Source: Pyrinomonadaceae bacterium
GTDB lineage: Bacteria; Acidobacteriota; Blastocatellia; Pyrinomonadales; Pyrinomonadaceae
Assembly (NCBI GenBank): GCA_046313635.1
Contig: JBKBYA010000001.1
Location: 416,001 to 480,000, forward strand
DNA: 64,000 bases
Direction: 5' to 3'
Made by a program: the position numbers and the translations under genes. This document shows positions 43,567 through 54,097 of this stretch, piece after piece. The notes under the pieces are model-generated. The model was not told the origin of the DNA, made no database searches, and saw only the letters and a program-made list of their open reading frames with translations. Position 1 is the stretch's first letter. The number at the start of each line of letters is the position of its first letter.

Positions 43567-45477
43567 CTATTGCTTCTCGTCCAGATTGAAATACGCCGCG
43601 GCCGGATCGTGATCTGAAAAGCGCTCCACGCGCGAGTCGCTGCCGCGCATCGACTCGGGTTGATCTGCATTCACTCTCACATAGCCAAATCCCGCGACGT
43701 GTCTCGCGAGCGTCGCGCTGACGATCACGTGGTCGAGCACCTGCGCGTTGCCGCCGAAGACGTACGAATAGCGCTGCTTCTGCTCGATCGAGTCGACCAG
43801 ATCGTAGAGATCGCGTGCGACAAGGTCGTCCGACGTCACGAGCACCTGATCCTTTGCGGCCGGCTTGCCCTTGATCGTGCCGATGACGTCCATAATGCCG
43901 TCGTTGAACTGATAAAAATTAAAGTCGCCGACGAGGATGATCCGCTCGGCCGGATCGGCCTTTTGCCGTGCGTCGATCCAGCGGGCGAGAAACTCTGCCT
44001 GAAGCTTCTTTTTGAGCCTGACGCCCTGCATCTGCTTGGGGTCGTTGTAGCCCAGAAAGGATTTGAGATGATTGACGACGACCGTGAACTCAAAAGGCCG
44101 GCCCGCCTTTGCGTCCTCGACCGAGGCTCGCAGCATCAGCGGCGGCCGGTCGTTAAGCGGCACATCGTCCTTGCTCTCGGGATCTTTGAACTTGTCGTCC
44201 TTGCCGAATTGCCCGATCTCGACGACCTTGACGCGCGATGTCTTGACGAGAAACCCGTTGTCGATGCCGCGGCCGTCGTTGCCGTCGATGAGAAAGGCCT
44301 CGTACTTCGGATCCGGTTTGCCGGCCGCTACCGCGTCGGTATTGATCCTGTCGGCGAGTCGCTTGAGCGCGGCGTGATTCTCGGCCTCGACGACGCCGAT
44401 CACGTCGGGCGTGCGCATCAGCTCGCGAACGGTCGCCGAGATCTTGCGCAGGCGCCGGTTAAAGGCGTCGGTCGTGACGATCTCTTCCTTGATCGACGGG
44501 TCGTCCTGGTCGTCGAAAAGGTTCTCGAGATTCATCGTCGCGACGACGAACTGCCGCGGCCCCGGCTCGGGCAGGCTCAGAGGCTTGACGCCGCCCGAGA
44601 CGACCGGCCTGGCGTCAGGGTCCAACAGGATCGAATACGTCCGGTAGCCGTAATGCAGCACGCCCGTGACATTCTTGACCGCGGAGAAGGTCGTGACGTC
44701 GAGCGGCTGCCCGCCGAGCTGGCCCGCGGACTCGATCCGCAGACGCTCGGGATTGGCGTCAAAGAGCGTCATTTTTGGATGATCTTTTTGCATTCGCTCC
44801 TTTTCGCCTGCATCGAGAAAAATGTACTCGTAAACGTCGAGGCCCGGCTCGCGAAAGGGACGCGCGAGCGGAGCCGTGACCGCGTAAAAGACGCCGTCGG
44901 ACTCGGCCGCCGCATTGCGCCCGTCGACGCGGCCGCCGGTCGGCGCGACGACCGTCAGCTCGGCGGCCGCGACGCGCATTCCCTCGAGGCGCTCGATCTG
45001 GTCGATCGTCTGCGACCGAAAGTCGTCGGCGGTCAGCGCGACCGGCTTCGGCAGCGCGTTGCCCTTTGAGACCACGCGCAGCTCGTCGCGGCCCGACTGC
45101 CACGACAGTTCGGTGATCGGCAAGCTCCACGGGTCGGCCCGTGGGCGAAACTCCTCGACGCGACCCGCGACCGTCACGAGATTGCCGATCGTCGCCTCGC
45201 CGGACGGCTCGCTGCGCGTAAAGACAAAGATGCCCTCTGACGTCTTTGGGTCGTTGTCGGTCTTGTCGTCGGGCGTCTGGATAAAGAATCCGGTCCGCGT
45301 GCGCGCCGTGACGATGCCGCTCACACGCACGGTCGAATTCACGACAGGCGAGACATTCTTGTCGCCCTGCACTTGCGAGATGGTCATCTCGCGCTGGGCG
45401 AGGGCGGCAGCGGCCGTCGCCGCGATGATCGCGGCCGCGGCGACGGATGAGCGAAGGGATCTGAGGCTAGGTCTCAT
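43567..45477 (-). CDS. Exported OB-fold + EEP family nuclease (ExeM/NucH-like)
   Basis: Signal peptide; TISQVQG, SEGIFVF, NLEN, NHLKS, GDFN, LDH, SDHDP. Confidence 0.88.
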   Translation of the reverse strand: MRPSLRSLRSSVAAAAIIAATAAAALAQREMTISQVQGDKNVSPVVNSTVRVSGIVTARTRTGFFIQTPDDKTDNDPKTSEGIFVFTRSEPSGEATIGNLVTVAGRVEEFRPRADPWSLPITELSWQSGRDELRVVSKGNALPKPVALTADDFRSQTIDQIERLEGMRVAAAELTVVAPTGGRVDGRNAAAESDGVFYAVTAPLARPFREPGLDVYEYIFLDAGEKERMQKDHPKMTLFDANPERLRIESAGQLGGQPLDVTTFSAVKNVTGVLHYGYRTYSILLDPDARPVVSGGVKPLSLPEPGPRQFVVATMNLENLFDDQDDPSIKEEIVTTDAFNRRLRKISATVRELMRTPDVIGVVEAENHAALKRLADRINTDAVAAGKPDPKYEAFLIDGNDGRGIDNGFLVKTSRVKVVEIGQFGKDDKFKDPESKDDVPLNDRPPLMLRASVEDAKAGRPFEFTVVVNHLKSFLGYNDPKQMQGVRLKKKLQAEFLARWIDARQKADPAERIILVGDFNFYQFNDGIMDVIGTIKGKPAAKDQVLVTSDDLVARDLYDLVDSIEQKQRYSYVFGGNAQVLDHVIVSATLARHVAGFGYVRVNADQPESMRGSDSRVERFSDHDPAAAYFNLDEKQ

Positions 45478-47255
45478 TGTCGGTCTCGTCTCCGTTCGAT
45501 GATCTCCTGAGTGTTCTTAGGCACGTTCGAAAAGAAGTTATAGCCGGTCAGCCGCTCGACCTGATCGACCGTGACGCGAAAGTTCCGCCACGGAGCGTTG
45601 ATGTCGAGAGGTGAAAAGTTTGGCACGACGATGCCGAAGGCACGCGTCGCCTTGTTGATCCGTGCAAGGTCGTTGTCGCCGTTCGGCAGCACGAGTACGA
45701 CCTTCCACGTGTACTGCGGCACGGCGATGCGGCCTCCGGCGATCGTGCCGATCTGCCCGACAGGGCCGTCGATGATGTAGAGCTCGTTGCCGGCCTGGGC
45801 GAGCGTGCGCGAGTAGCTCTCGAGGTCTTCCCACGGTCCCTGATTGTTGGCCGGCAGCTGCGGGACAAAGTTGGTCATCAGGAAGGTCGCCGAGTTGTTA
45901 GCTACCGAATTTGTCCGGTCGCCCGACGGGCACATATGCCCGCGGTCGTAGCCCGAGCCGGAATAGTCGTTGTCCTGCACCTGATACCATCCCGCCGGCA
46001 GGGCCGGGTCGGGCCGGTAATCGTCCTGCCGCGGCGTCGTGCCGAGCCAGCTCGAGTCGAGCCGCCACGCGACCCAATTCGGCGTCGCCTTGCTGCGGTT
46101 GTACGAGAGCGTGTACTGCGGCTTGGGCATCAGGTAATTGTTCTCGTTCGCAGGGTCGGGCGTCGCGTTGCTCGGGTTGCCGAGGATGAGCGGGTCCTCA
46201 TTCGGGAGCGGCGCGTTGATCGTGACGCTCTGCGCCAAGTTGACGCTGCGCGCCTGCGCGTCGGATGCGACGGCCGTAACGACGCGTGTCCCGCCGGTGA
46301 ATGTGCCCGGGATCGTCGCGCGGAAGGAGTAAACGTTGTCGCCCGGCGTCACGTCGCCGTTGGTGCCGTCGTCAAAGAACGTCTGGCTTGCCGAGCCGCC
46401 GATGTCGGTCAGGTTGCCGACGACCGTGATGCCCGTGCTCGGCGGCGTCGTCGCAGGGATCACGCTGACCGTCAAAAGGGTGTTGCCGTTCGGTGAGACG
46501 ACGTTTGGATTGGCGTTGATGCCGGCCTGCAGCTGGCTGCCGAGATTGCAGGACGAGGTCGGGCTTGACGTATTGCGCGGTGCCGGCGGCCCGGCCGCAA
46601 AATCGTTTGCGTTGTTGTCGGTATCGGTGCAGCCGCCGCCGGCTCGTTTATGACCCGTCGTCGCCGTCAGGTCGGCCGCCCGTGTGCCTTCAAAGCACGA
46701 TGCGGCCGCGCCGTAGCCGAGCAGATCGACGATGCTCGCATCCGAAGGGCACGCACTTGCCGGCAGCTGCGTCGTCGAATTGACCAGCGCGATCTTGCCG
46801 GATGTCGACGACAGATTTGGGATAAAAGTGTTGCCGTTGACGGTCACCGCCGGAGCGATCGCGTCGGGCGTCGGGAGCGGCCCGCCGCCGTTTACCGGCG
46901 AGTTTGCGGCGTACTGGATGAGGAAGTACTGGCCAGGCTGCAGCGTGACGTTCGGCAGCGGCGTGACCAGCCAGTTGGTGCCGCCCGAGCTCGCATACTG
47001 CGTCGACCAGCCGTTGAGGCTCACCGGCTGGCTGCCGCGGTTAAAGAGCTCGACAAAATCGTTTGCGTACTGCGAGCCGCTAGCGACGCCGCCGCCGCCG
47101 TAGATCTGGCTGATGACTATATTCGGCGAGACGAGCGGCCGAGCGGCGACCGGACCTGCCGTCTCACGCGCCTCCGACACGGCGGGCGAGCCAAAAACAA
47201 AAATAATACCGGCTAGCACGAGAGCGGCCAGCGCTCCGACAAGTAACTTTTTCAT
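45474..47255 (-). CDS. Exported lamin-tail-domain + non-specific endonuclease
   Basis: IVISQIYGGGG...DFVELFN (LTD), DDGTNGDVTPGDNVYS, YDRGHMCPS, PWEDLE. Confidence 0.9.
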   Translation of the reverse strand: MKKLLVGALAALVLAGIIFVFGSPAVSEARETAGPVAARPLVSPNIVISQIYGGGGVASGSQYANDFVELFNRGSQPVSLNGWSTQYASSGGTNWLVTPLPNVTLQPGQYFLIQYAANSPVNGGGPLPTPDAIAPAVTVNGNTFIPNLSSTSGKIALVNSTTQLPASACPSDASIVDLLGYGAAASCFEGTRAADLTATTGHKRAGGGCTDTDNNANDFAAGPPAPRNTSSPTSSCNLGSQLQAGINANPNVVSPNGNTLLTVSVIPATTPPSTGITVVGNLTDIGGSASQTFFDDGTNGDVTPGDNVYSFRATIPGTFTGGTRVVTAVASDAQARSVNLAQSVTINAPLPNEDPLILGNPSNATPDPANENNYLMPKPQYTLSYNRSKATPNWVAWRLDSSWLGTTPRQDDYRPDPALPAGWYQVQDNDYSGSGYDRGHMCPSGDRTNSVANNSATFLMTNFVPQLPANNQGPWEDLESYSRTLAQAGNELYIIDGPVGQIGTIAGGRIAVPQYTWKVVLVLPNGDNDLARINKATRAFGIVVPNFSPLDINAPWRNFRVTVDQVERLTGYNFFSNVPKNTQEIIERRRDRQ

Positions 47256-47367
47256 CAGGATTCCTGCTTTACAAAAAACTCTCGGGGGACGTGAGACCAA
47301 GAATGAACTTAGGTTTTAGCACATTCCGACGCTGAGCCAAATCGGCGGCGAGCGACGATGCGGCCGC

Positions 47368-48954
47368 CTACGATCCTTTGAGGACGTCGTCAAGGCTCTG
47401 CTTCTTTTTTAGAACCGCGGCAAAGAGATCACCTTTTTTCTCGATCCGCTCGAGGATCGTCTCGATGTTGAAGTCGGCGATCGAGATGCGTTTCTTCTCG
47501 ACCTCTTTCCATTCGAGCGGGGCCGAGACGGTTGCGCCGGGCCTCGGCCTTACCGAGTACGGAGCGACGACCGATTTGCCGTAGGCGTTCTGCATGTGGT
47601 CGACGTAGATCTGCGTGGCCTTGCGTTTGGACCTGCTGCGCTCGACGGTCGCGGTCTGTGGATTTTCGGCGGCGACGAGCTTTGCGATGCGTGCCGCGAG
47701 ACCGGCGACCTCGTCGTACGAATATTTAGGCTTGATCGGCACGTAGATATGAATGCCGCGCGAGCCCGATGTCTTGGCGTACGACTTGAGACCGAGCTCC
47801 GCGATGATCTCTCGCGTGCTGACGGCGAGGTCGCAGATCGTTTCAAACTCCACACGCTCACCCGGGTCGAGATCGAAGACGAACCAGTCGGGGCGGTCGA
47901 GCGAGGCGACGCGCGAATGGAATGGATGCCTCTCGATCGCGCCGAGATTTGCGAGATACAGATGGGTCGCAAGATCGTCGACGACGACGTAATCGACGCG
48001 GTGAGCGCCGTTGTCCTCGGCCTCGAGCGCGACGGTACGGACGTATTCGGGAGCCTCGTCGACGTCGTGCTGGTGAAACGACGGCCCGCCGATGCCGGTC
48101 GGGTAACGCTTCAGTATCGCGGGCCGGTCCTTTAGATACGGCGCAATGTATCGCCAGACGGCGGCGTAGTAGCGGATCAGATCGGCCTTGGTAAATCCCT
48201 CGTCGGGCCAGTAGACGCGATCGAGGCTCGTCAGGCCGACGGCCCACTTGTCGATCTTGACGCGGACGTCGCCGGCGAGATCCTGCTTTTTGAGAAGCGC
48301 GGCGAGTGTCGGCAGCTTTTCGCCGCGGCGCGGTTTGGCGCTCTTTTTGACGACCTCTTTGTTTTGGTCATTGGGCGCGCGGCCGCCGCGGCTTACCGCC
48401 GCATCTTCACTCTTCGGCTCGTCGACGATGGATCTGCGGCCGTCCTTGTCCGGGATCAGCAGCTCGAGCTTCCAGCCGGGAACGGCGTGCTCATCCTTTG
48501 CCTTGACGAGCAGCCACTGGTCGCGTCGGCCGAGCTTAAAGAGGTTAAAGACGCCTTTCAGCTTTTTGCCGTTGAGCTCGAGCTTTAGTTTGCCTTTTTC
48601 GAATTGCGTCTCGGCGTCGTCGCCGTCGAGCAGTCTGTAGGTGCCGGCGTCCCAGATGCGGTGCTGCCCGGCGCCGTAATTTCCCTCGGGAATGTCGCCT
48701 ACAAACTTTGCATACTCGACCGGATGGTCCTCGGTCGGCACGGCGAGCCGCCGCACGCTCGGGTCCATCGACGGGCCCTTGCGGACCGACCACGATCTGA
48801 GCACGCCGCCGATCTCCAGCCGGAAGTCGAAGTGCAGACTCGACGCGTGATGCTCCTGGCAGACAAAGCGTCGGCGGTTGGTCTTGGCGAGTCTGCCCTT
48901 CGGCTCGGGCGTAGTTTTGAAAACGCGTTTTTTCCAGTAAGTTTCGAGGCCCAT
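47368..48954 (-). CDS. ligD: LigD phosphoesterase + primase-polymerase fusion without a ligase domain
   Basis: PE domain: QEHHASSLHFDFRLE, TEDHPVEY; Pol domain: FDLDP, KTSGSRGIH, YVDHMQN; no KxDG motif. Confidence 0.9.
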   Translation of the reverse strand: MGLETYWKKRVFKTTPEPKGRLAKTNRRRFVCQEHHASSLHFDFRLEIGGVLRSWSVRKGPSMDPSVRRLAVPTEDHPVEYAKFVGDIPEGNYGAGQHRIWDAGTYRLLDGDDAETQFEKGKLKLELNGKKLKGVFNLFKLGRRDQWLLVKAKDEHAVPGWKLELLIPDKDGRRSIVDEPKSEDAAVSRGGRAPNDQNKEVVKKSAKPRRGEKLPTLAALLKKQDLAGDVRVKIDKWAVGLTSLDRVYWPDEGFTKADLIRYYAAVWRYIAPYLKDRPAILKRYPTGIGGPSFHQHDVDEAPEYVRTVALEAEDNGAHRVDYVVVDDLATHLYLANLGAIERHPFHSRVASLDRPDWFVFDLDPGERVEFETICDLAVSTREIIAELGLKSYAKTSGSRGIHIYVPIKPKYSYDEVAGLAARIAKLVAAENPQTATVERSRSKRKATQIYVDHMQNAYGKSVVAPYSVRPRPGATVSAPLEWKEVEKKRISIADFNIETILERIEKKGDLFAAVLKKKQSLDDVLKGS

Positions 48955-48990
48955 CTTGTACTAATACGATCCACTCCGCGCCGTCCAGAG

Positions 48991-49006
48991 AGCAATGACA
49001 GTGCCG
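48991..49006 (-). promoter_or_regulatory. Possible sigma54 promoter for ligD
   Basis: CGGCACTGTCATTGCT (GG-N10-GC; two deviations from consensus). Confidence 0.35.
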
Positions 49007-49044
49007 GGATCTCACACGCACGCGATTTGCCTTGGCTGGCGGAT

Positions 49045-50688
49045 ATGAAGTTCTCCGATCTCGCCGAAACGTATGACAACATCAGCAAGGCCGCGTCGGA
49101 CGCGGCTCGGGTGCGGCTGCTGGCCGAGCTTTTCAAAAAAGCGGCCAAAGACAAAACGACGCTTGCGGCCGTCGCTCATTTCAGCTTGAGCGAGCTCGTC
49201 AGCCCCGCGCTCTCCGACCGCCTCTCGATCGGCCCGGCGACGATCCGCGAGGAGATCGCCGAGATCGCCAAAAAAGATCCGGCCGAGATCGACGACGAGG
49301 TGCGCGAGAGCGGCGATATGAGCGAGGTCGCCGCACGCTACACGGACGGCAAAAACTCGCTCGAGGCAGACGACCTCTGGCGGCTCGTGCGCGAAGCGAT
49401 CGAAAAAGACAAACCCCGGTCGTCGGTCGTCGAGCGCGTATTTACAAGCACGACGCCTGCCGGTGCGAAGTATTTTACGCGCATGGCTCTCAACCAGATG
49501 CGCATCGGCGTCGGCATCGGTACCGTCATTCGCGCTCTCGCCGCGGCGTTTGACGTCCCGGCAAGGTCGGTCGAGCGCCTCTACGCGATGACCAACGACA
49601 TCGGCCTCGCCGCCGTACAGGCCGCCAAGGGCGAGGCGGCGCTCGAGCACGCCGGCCTCACGCTCTTTAGCCCGTACCAGTTTATGAATGCGCACAAGAT
49701 CGACGATCCCGACCGCATCATCCCCGCCGGCGGCGAGTCAAAAAAGAACTGGATACTCGAGACAAAATACGACGGCGTGAGGCTGCAGATCCACATTCGG
49801 AAAAAGCCATTTGAGGTGCGGCTCTACTCGCGGCGGCTCGGCGACGAGACGAGCGCGATGCCCGACGTCGTCGCGGCGATCAAAAAGGCATGGACCGGCG
49901 GCGACGCGATCGTCGAGGGCGAGGCCGTCGCGTTTGACCCGACGTTGAAGCGGCGTCTGCCGTTCCAGGCCGTGCTGCAGCGCGCGGGCCGCAAGCGCGG
50001 CATCGAGGAGATCGTAAACGAGATCCCGCTCGTGCTGTTTCTCTTTGATGTGATGTACGACCGGGGCGAGAGTCTGATCGAGGTGCCTCAGGCCGAGCGC
50101 CGAGCTCGGCTCGCAAAGCTCTTTAAGCCGACGACGCGCGTGCGGCCCACCGAGTCTGTCGTGACCAACAGACGAGCCGAGCTTGACCGATTTTTCAAGG
50201 CCGCGGTCGACGCCGGTCACGAAGGCATCATGGTCAAAGACCCTGACGCCGTGTACGTGCCCGGCCGGCGCACCGAGAACTGGATGAAGCTCAAGCCGGC
50301 ATTCGAGACGCTCGACGTCGTCATCGTCGGCGGCATCTGGGGCTCGGGGCGGCGAAAGGGACTGCTCTCGAGCCTCATCGTCGCTGTGCAGGGACCAAAT
50401 AACGAGCTGCTCACCGTCGGGAAGGTCGGCGCCGGATTTTCAGAGGCGGTACTGCGCGACCTCACGGCCCGCCTCGCCAAAAAGATCATCACCACCCGCG
50501 GCCACACCGTCGAGATCGAGCCGGAGGCGGTGATCGAGGTCGACTTTCAGGACATCCAAAAGACCGACCGCTATTCGTCGGGCTACGCTCTCCGCATCCC
50601 AAGATTCAAGCGCGAGCGGCCCGACAAGAGCATAAAAGAAGCCGACACGCTCTCAAGGCTGAAGCGGCTATACGACCAGTCGCATTAA
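49045..50688 (+). CDS. ATP-dependent DNA ligase (three-domain, LigB/archaeal-like)
   Basis: ETKYDGVR, EGE, FDV, EGIMVK, WMKLK, LRIPRF; start ATG 49045. Confidence 0.93.
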   Translation: MKFSDLAETYDNISKAASDAARVRLLAELFKKAAKDKTTLAAVAHFSLSELVSPALSDRLSIGPATIREEIAEIAKKDPAEIDDEVRESGDMSEVAARYTDGKNSLEADDLWRLVREAIEKDKPRSSVVERVFTSTTPAGAKYFTRMALNQMRIGVGIGTVIRALAAAFDVPARSVERLYAMTNDIGLAAVQAAKGEAALEHAGLTLFSPYQFMNAHKIDDPDRIIPAGGESKKNWILETKYDGVRLQIHIRKKPFEVRLYSRRLGDETSAMPDVVAAIKKAWTGGDAIVEGEAVAFDPTLKRRLPFQAVLQRAGRKRGIEEIVNEIPLVLFLFDVMYDRGESLIEVPQAERRARLAKLFKPTTRVRPTESVVTNRRAELDRFFKAAVDAGHEGIMVKDPDAVYVPGRRTENWMKLKPAFETLDVVIVGGIWGSGRRKGLLSSLIVAVQGPNNELLTVGKVGAGFSEAVLRDLTARLAKKIITTRGHTVEIEPEAVIEVDFQDIQKTDRYSSGYALRIPRFKRERPDKSIKEADTLSRLKRLYDQSH

Positions 50689-50714
50689 AGGCGGGATCGG
50701 GTGGTAGAAGAAAC

Positions 50715-50736
50715 TCCCCTCCTGGCCAGGAGGGGA
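50715..50736. terminator. Perfect palindrome, probable bidirectional terminator
   Basis: TCCCCTCCTGGCCAGGAGGGGA followed by a T run, between convergent genes. Confidence 0.6.
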
Positions 50737-50765
50737 ATTTTTTTGGGTCTTCAAACATTTCACGA

Positions 50766-52130
50766 CTACCGCACCGGCCTTGGGTACACTACGGGGCTTT
50801 TGTTGCCCTGCTTGTCGACGGCGCGGACGCCGAAGAAGTAGTTGTCTTTTGACATCGCTTTCGCGGTCCAGGTCGTGACGTTGCCGACGTATTGCGAGTT
50901 GGTCCATTCCGCCGCGGTCGTGTCGCGCCAGACGACCTCGTAGCCGGCGAGATCGGCGTCGGTATTCGCGTCCCATTTAAGATCGGTGTCGTTTGTCAGG
51001 CGTGCCGTGACGATCCCGACATTCTTCGGCTTGGCAGGAGCGTTGGCGAGCGAGGCGAGAGCGATGAGATTTACGCGGGCGACATTCGCCGTGTACTCAA
51101 AGTCGACAAATTCGGGCGTGTCGCCGTAAAAGACCCCGTTCTCGGTGCGCACGTTCTGATGCTGGTGCGTGTAGTCCTCGTCGGCCTCCGTAAAGCGCAC
51201 GGCCGCAAAGCCGCGCTCGACAAACGGGATGTGATCGCCGCCGCGGCCGTAGCGGTCGCGGCGATAGATCAACCAGACCTTGAAGTTCTTAAGGTAGCGG
51301 TCGGCGTGCTCCTTGATGTAGCGCGCGAGCTGCCGCGACGGCGAATCGTTCTCGCCGCCGACGCTGCGTCGCGTCGCGGCCTGCTGCTCGGTCTCGTTCG
51401 AAGGCACGCCCTCGCTGAAGACGCGCACGCGGCCGCGAAACTGCGAATTCTTCTGCGTCGTCACGCCCCCGATGATGTCGTTGGTGAACATCGCCTCGAT
51501 ATTCGTTTTTTTCTCGACCGCCTGCTGCGCGTAATACGCCGCGCCGAGCAGTCCTTGCTCTTCGCCGGGCACGGTCATAAAGACGATGGTCGCGTCGTAC
51601 CTATTTTTCGACATCACGCGGGCGAGCTCGATCACGGCCGCCGTTCCCGACGCGTCGTCGTTCGCGCCCGGAGCGTCGCACTTGGCGTCGGTCGGGCTGG
51701 AGCACATCGAATCGTAGTGGCCCGAGACGACGTAAACTCGCTCGGGGTCGGTCGTGCCCTTGAGCGTGGCGATGACGTTGGTCAGGTTTGTCGGCTCGGG
51801 AATGCGGTTGGCCTTTGGCTGCAGAAAGGTCTGCTTCTCGACCTCGAGACAGCCGCCGCACTCGGCGCTGATCTTTTGAAACTCGCCGTAGATCCAGTCG
51901 CGCGCGGCGCCGATGCCGCGGGTCGGGTGGTCCTGCTCGCTGAGCGTGTTGCGCGTGCCGAAGGAGACGAGCTTGCGGATCGCCGCTTCGATATTCCGCG
52001 CCGACACCTCGCGGACCATCTTTTGTATCTCGGGCGCCGGCGCCGGCCTCGGCGGCGTCGTTTGAGACGCGGCAAGGCCCGCAAATACAAGTACCGTCGC
52101 AAGGGTGAGGAGCGTGTTGGTTGTCTTCAT
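50766..52130 (-). CDS. Exported M28 family metallopeptidase
   Basis: SGHYDS, GANDDASG, GEEQGLLG, GDH; FN3-like tail. Confidence 0.92.
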   Translation of the reverse strand: MKTTNTLLTLATVLVFAGLAASQTTPPRPAPAPEIQKMVREVSARNIEAAIRKLVSFGTRNTLSEQDHPTRGIGAARDWIYGEFQKISAECGGCLEVEKQTFLQPKANRIPEPTNLTNVIATLKGTTDPERVYVVSGHYDSMCSSPTDAKCDAPGANDDASGTAAVIELARVMSKNRYDATIVFMTVPGEEQGLLGAAYYAQQAVEKKTNIEAMFTNDIIGGVTTQKNSQFRGRVRVFSEGVPSNETEQQAATRRSVGGENDSPSRQLARYIKEHADRYLKNFKVWLIYRRDRYGRGGDHIPFVERGFAAVRFTEADEDYTHQHQNVRTENGVFYGDTPEFVDFEYTANVARVNLIALASLANAPAKPKNVGIVTARLTNDTDLKWDANTDADLAGYEVVWRDTTAAEWTNSQYVGNVTTWTAKAMSKDNYFFGVRAVDKQGNKSPVVYPRPVR

Positions 52131-52404
52131 CGATCTCTCCGGGAATTGGTTTGCTCGATAAATTTAATGCCTATCGGGCTGGCGGCGCAAACATTGCTTC
52201 GCGTGCCGGGTTTGTGATAGAAGTGTGCCGCCAAAAGAGCAAGCAGACCATTTCAGTTCAGCCGCGTAGGAGGCCGGCCGCACACGCCTGCCGCGGGGCG
52301 TGCGGCCGACGCAGGGCTGGAGGGTCGACAGTATTTTTATTTCTCGGTTGGGTAACTTTTGGGCGCTCCGTACCGCGCGCCGGGCGCTCGAGGAGGGAAA
52401 CGCT

Positions 52405-54066
52405 ATGCACGCATTGGTCCTGATCATCGTCTTGCTGGCCGCTCAGGCGGCATTCGCGCAGCATGGTCACGGCTCGCACGCAGCGAACGACAAAAAGCCC
52501 GTCTGGCTCGACGACGGGCTCGGCGCGGTCGATCATCCGGTGACGACCAGGTCGGCCGAAGCGCAGAGATTCTTTAATCAGGGGCTCGCGTATCTCTACG
52601 CCTTTAATCACGCCGAGGGAATAAACTCGTTTCGCCATGCGGCCGAGCTTGACCCCGAGATGGCAATGGCCTTTTGGGGCGTCGCGCTCGGGCTCGGCTC
52701 GAATTACAACGTCACGGCCGACGAGGCACAGCTCGTCGAGGCCTACGACAATCTGCAAAAGGCGCTCGCACTGTCGGCAAAGGTCTCCGAGGCCGATCGA
52801 GACTACATCGCGGCGCTCTCAAAGCGTTACGCCAAAGATCCAAAGACCGACCGGCACAAGCTCGCCGTCGATTACAAGAACGCGATGGCCGAGCTCGTCA
52901 AGAAATACCCGGACGATCTCGACGCCGCGACGCTGTACGCCGAGAGCATGATGAATCTCAAGCCCTGGCAGCTGTGGACGCTCGACGGCAAGCCGGCCGA
53001 GGGCACGCTCGAGATCATCGCCGTGCTCGAGGGCGTGCTCAGACGCAACCCGAGGCACACCGGGGCAAACCATTACTACATTCACGCGGTCGAGGCGTCG
53101 CCAAATCCCGAGAAGGGACTCGCGGCGGCCAACCGCCTCGGCGGTCTCGCGCCGAGCGCCGGCCACCTCGTTCATATGCCGTCGCACATTTATTTGCGGA
53201 CCGGCGATTTTGATGTCGCCGCAAAGAGCAACGAGCTCGCGATCGCGGCCGACCGCAGGTACCTCGAGCGGAGCGGAGCGACGGGCGTCTACCCGCTGAT
53301 GTACTACAACCACAACATTCACATGCTCGCGGCCTCGTATGCCGGCGGAGGGAATTTTGCCGGCGCGATCAAGGCCGCGCGCGAGCTCGAGGCGAACGTC
53401 GCGCCGAACCTCAAGGCGATGCCGATGCTCGAGATGTTCATGCCGTACACGATCGTGACGCTGGCGCGCTTTCACAAGTGGGACGAGGTGATGAGGCAGC
53501 CGCAGCCCGCAGCCGAGCTCAAGATCACGACCGCCGTCTGGCGGATGGCCCGCGGGCTCGCGCTGGCCGAGGGCAACCGGCCGGGCGATGCCGAGTCTGA
53601 GCTCGCCGCGCTGCGAGCGATCGTCAAGAGCATCCCCGACGGGGCGCGTGTCGGCAACAGTCCCGCGCAAGGCGTGCTCAAGGTCGCGGAGGAGCTGCTG
53701 GCGGGAGAGATCGCGATCGCCAAGGGCGATACGGCGGGCGGCATCGAAGCTCTTCGCCGGGCCGTCGCGGCCGAAGACCTCGTCAACTACAACGAGCCGC
53801 CCGACTGGCATCTGCCGACACGCGAATGGCTGGGCCGCGAGCTGCTGCGGACAGGCGATCTCGCGCGAGCGGAGAGTGTGTTTCGCAAAGAGATCGAACG
53901 CAATCCGCGCAGCGGCCGGGCGTTATTCGGCCTCGCAGAGGCCCTGCGCCGGCAGGGCAAGACCTCTTCGGCCGAGCTCGTGATGCGCGAGTTTCGCCAG
54001 GCGTGGGCCGGTGCCGACACCGAGCTCACCGCAGAGTCTCTCGCCGGCAGACCCACGCGGAAGTAG
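52405..54066 (+). CDS. Exported TPR-repeat protein
   Basis: GAGGAGG RBS; signal peptide; AQRFFNQGL, HYYIHAVE, GHLVHMPSHIY. Confidence 0.85.
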   Translation: MHALVLIIVLLAAQAAFAQHGHGSHAANDKKPVWLDDGLGAVDHPVTTRSAEAQRFFNQGLAYLYAFNHAEGINSFRHAAELDPEMAMAFWGVALGLGSNYNVTADEAQLVEAYDNLQKALALSAKVSEADRDYIAALSKRYAKDPKTDRHKLAVDYKNAMAELVKKYPDDLDAATLYAESMMNLKPWQLWTLDGKPAEGTLEIIAVLEGVLRRNPRHTGANHYYIHAVEASPNPEKGLAAANRLGGLAPSAGHLVHMPSHIYLRTGDFDVAAKSNELAIAADRRYLERSGATGVYPLMYYNHNIHMLAASYAGGGNFAGAIKAARELEANVAPNLKAMPMLEMFMPYTIVTLARFHKWDEVMRQPQPAAELKITTAVWRMARGLALAEGNRPGDAESELAALRAIVKSIPDGARVGNSPAQGVLKVAEELLAGEIAIAKGDTAGGIEALRRAVAAEDLVNYNEPPDWHLPTREWLGRELLRTGDLARAESVFRKEIERNPRSGRALFGLAEALRRQGKTSSAELVMREFRQAWAGADTELTAESLAGRPTRK

Positions 54067-54097
54067 CCCGAGCCGCGAGGGCAAGACAAGCGCTCGA

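Noticed and set aside
48604..49044. N-terminal extension of the ligase ORF
   Set aside because: Overlaps ligD on the opposite strand; ligase-like sequence begins at MKFSDLA
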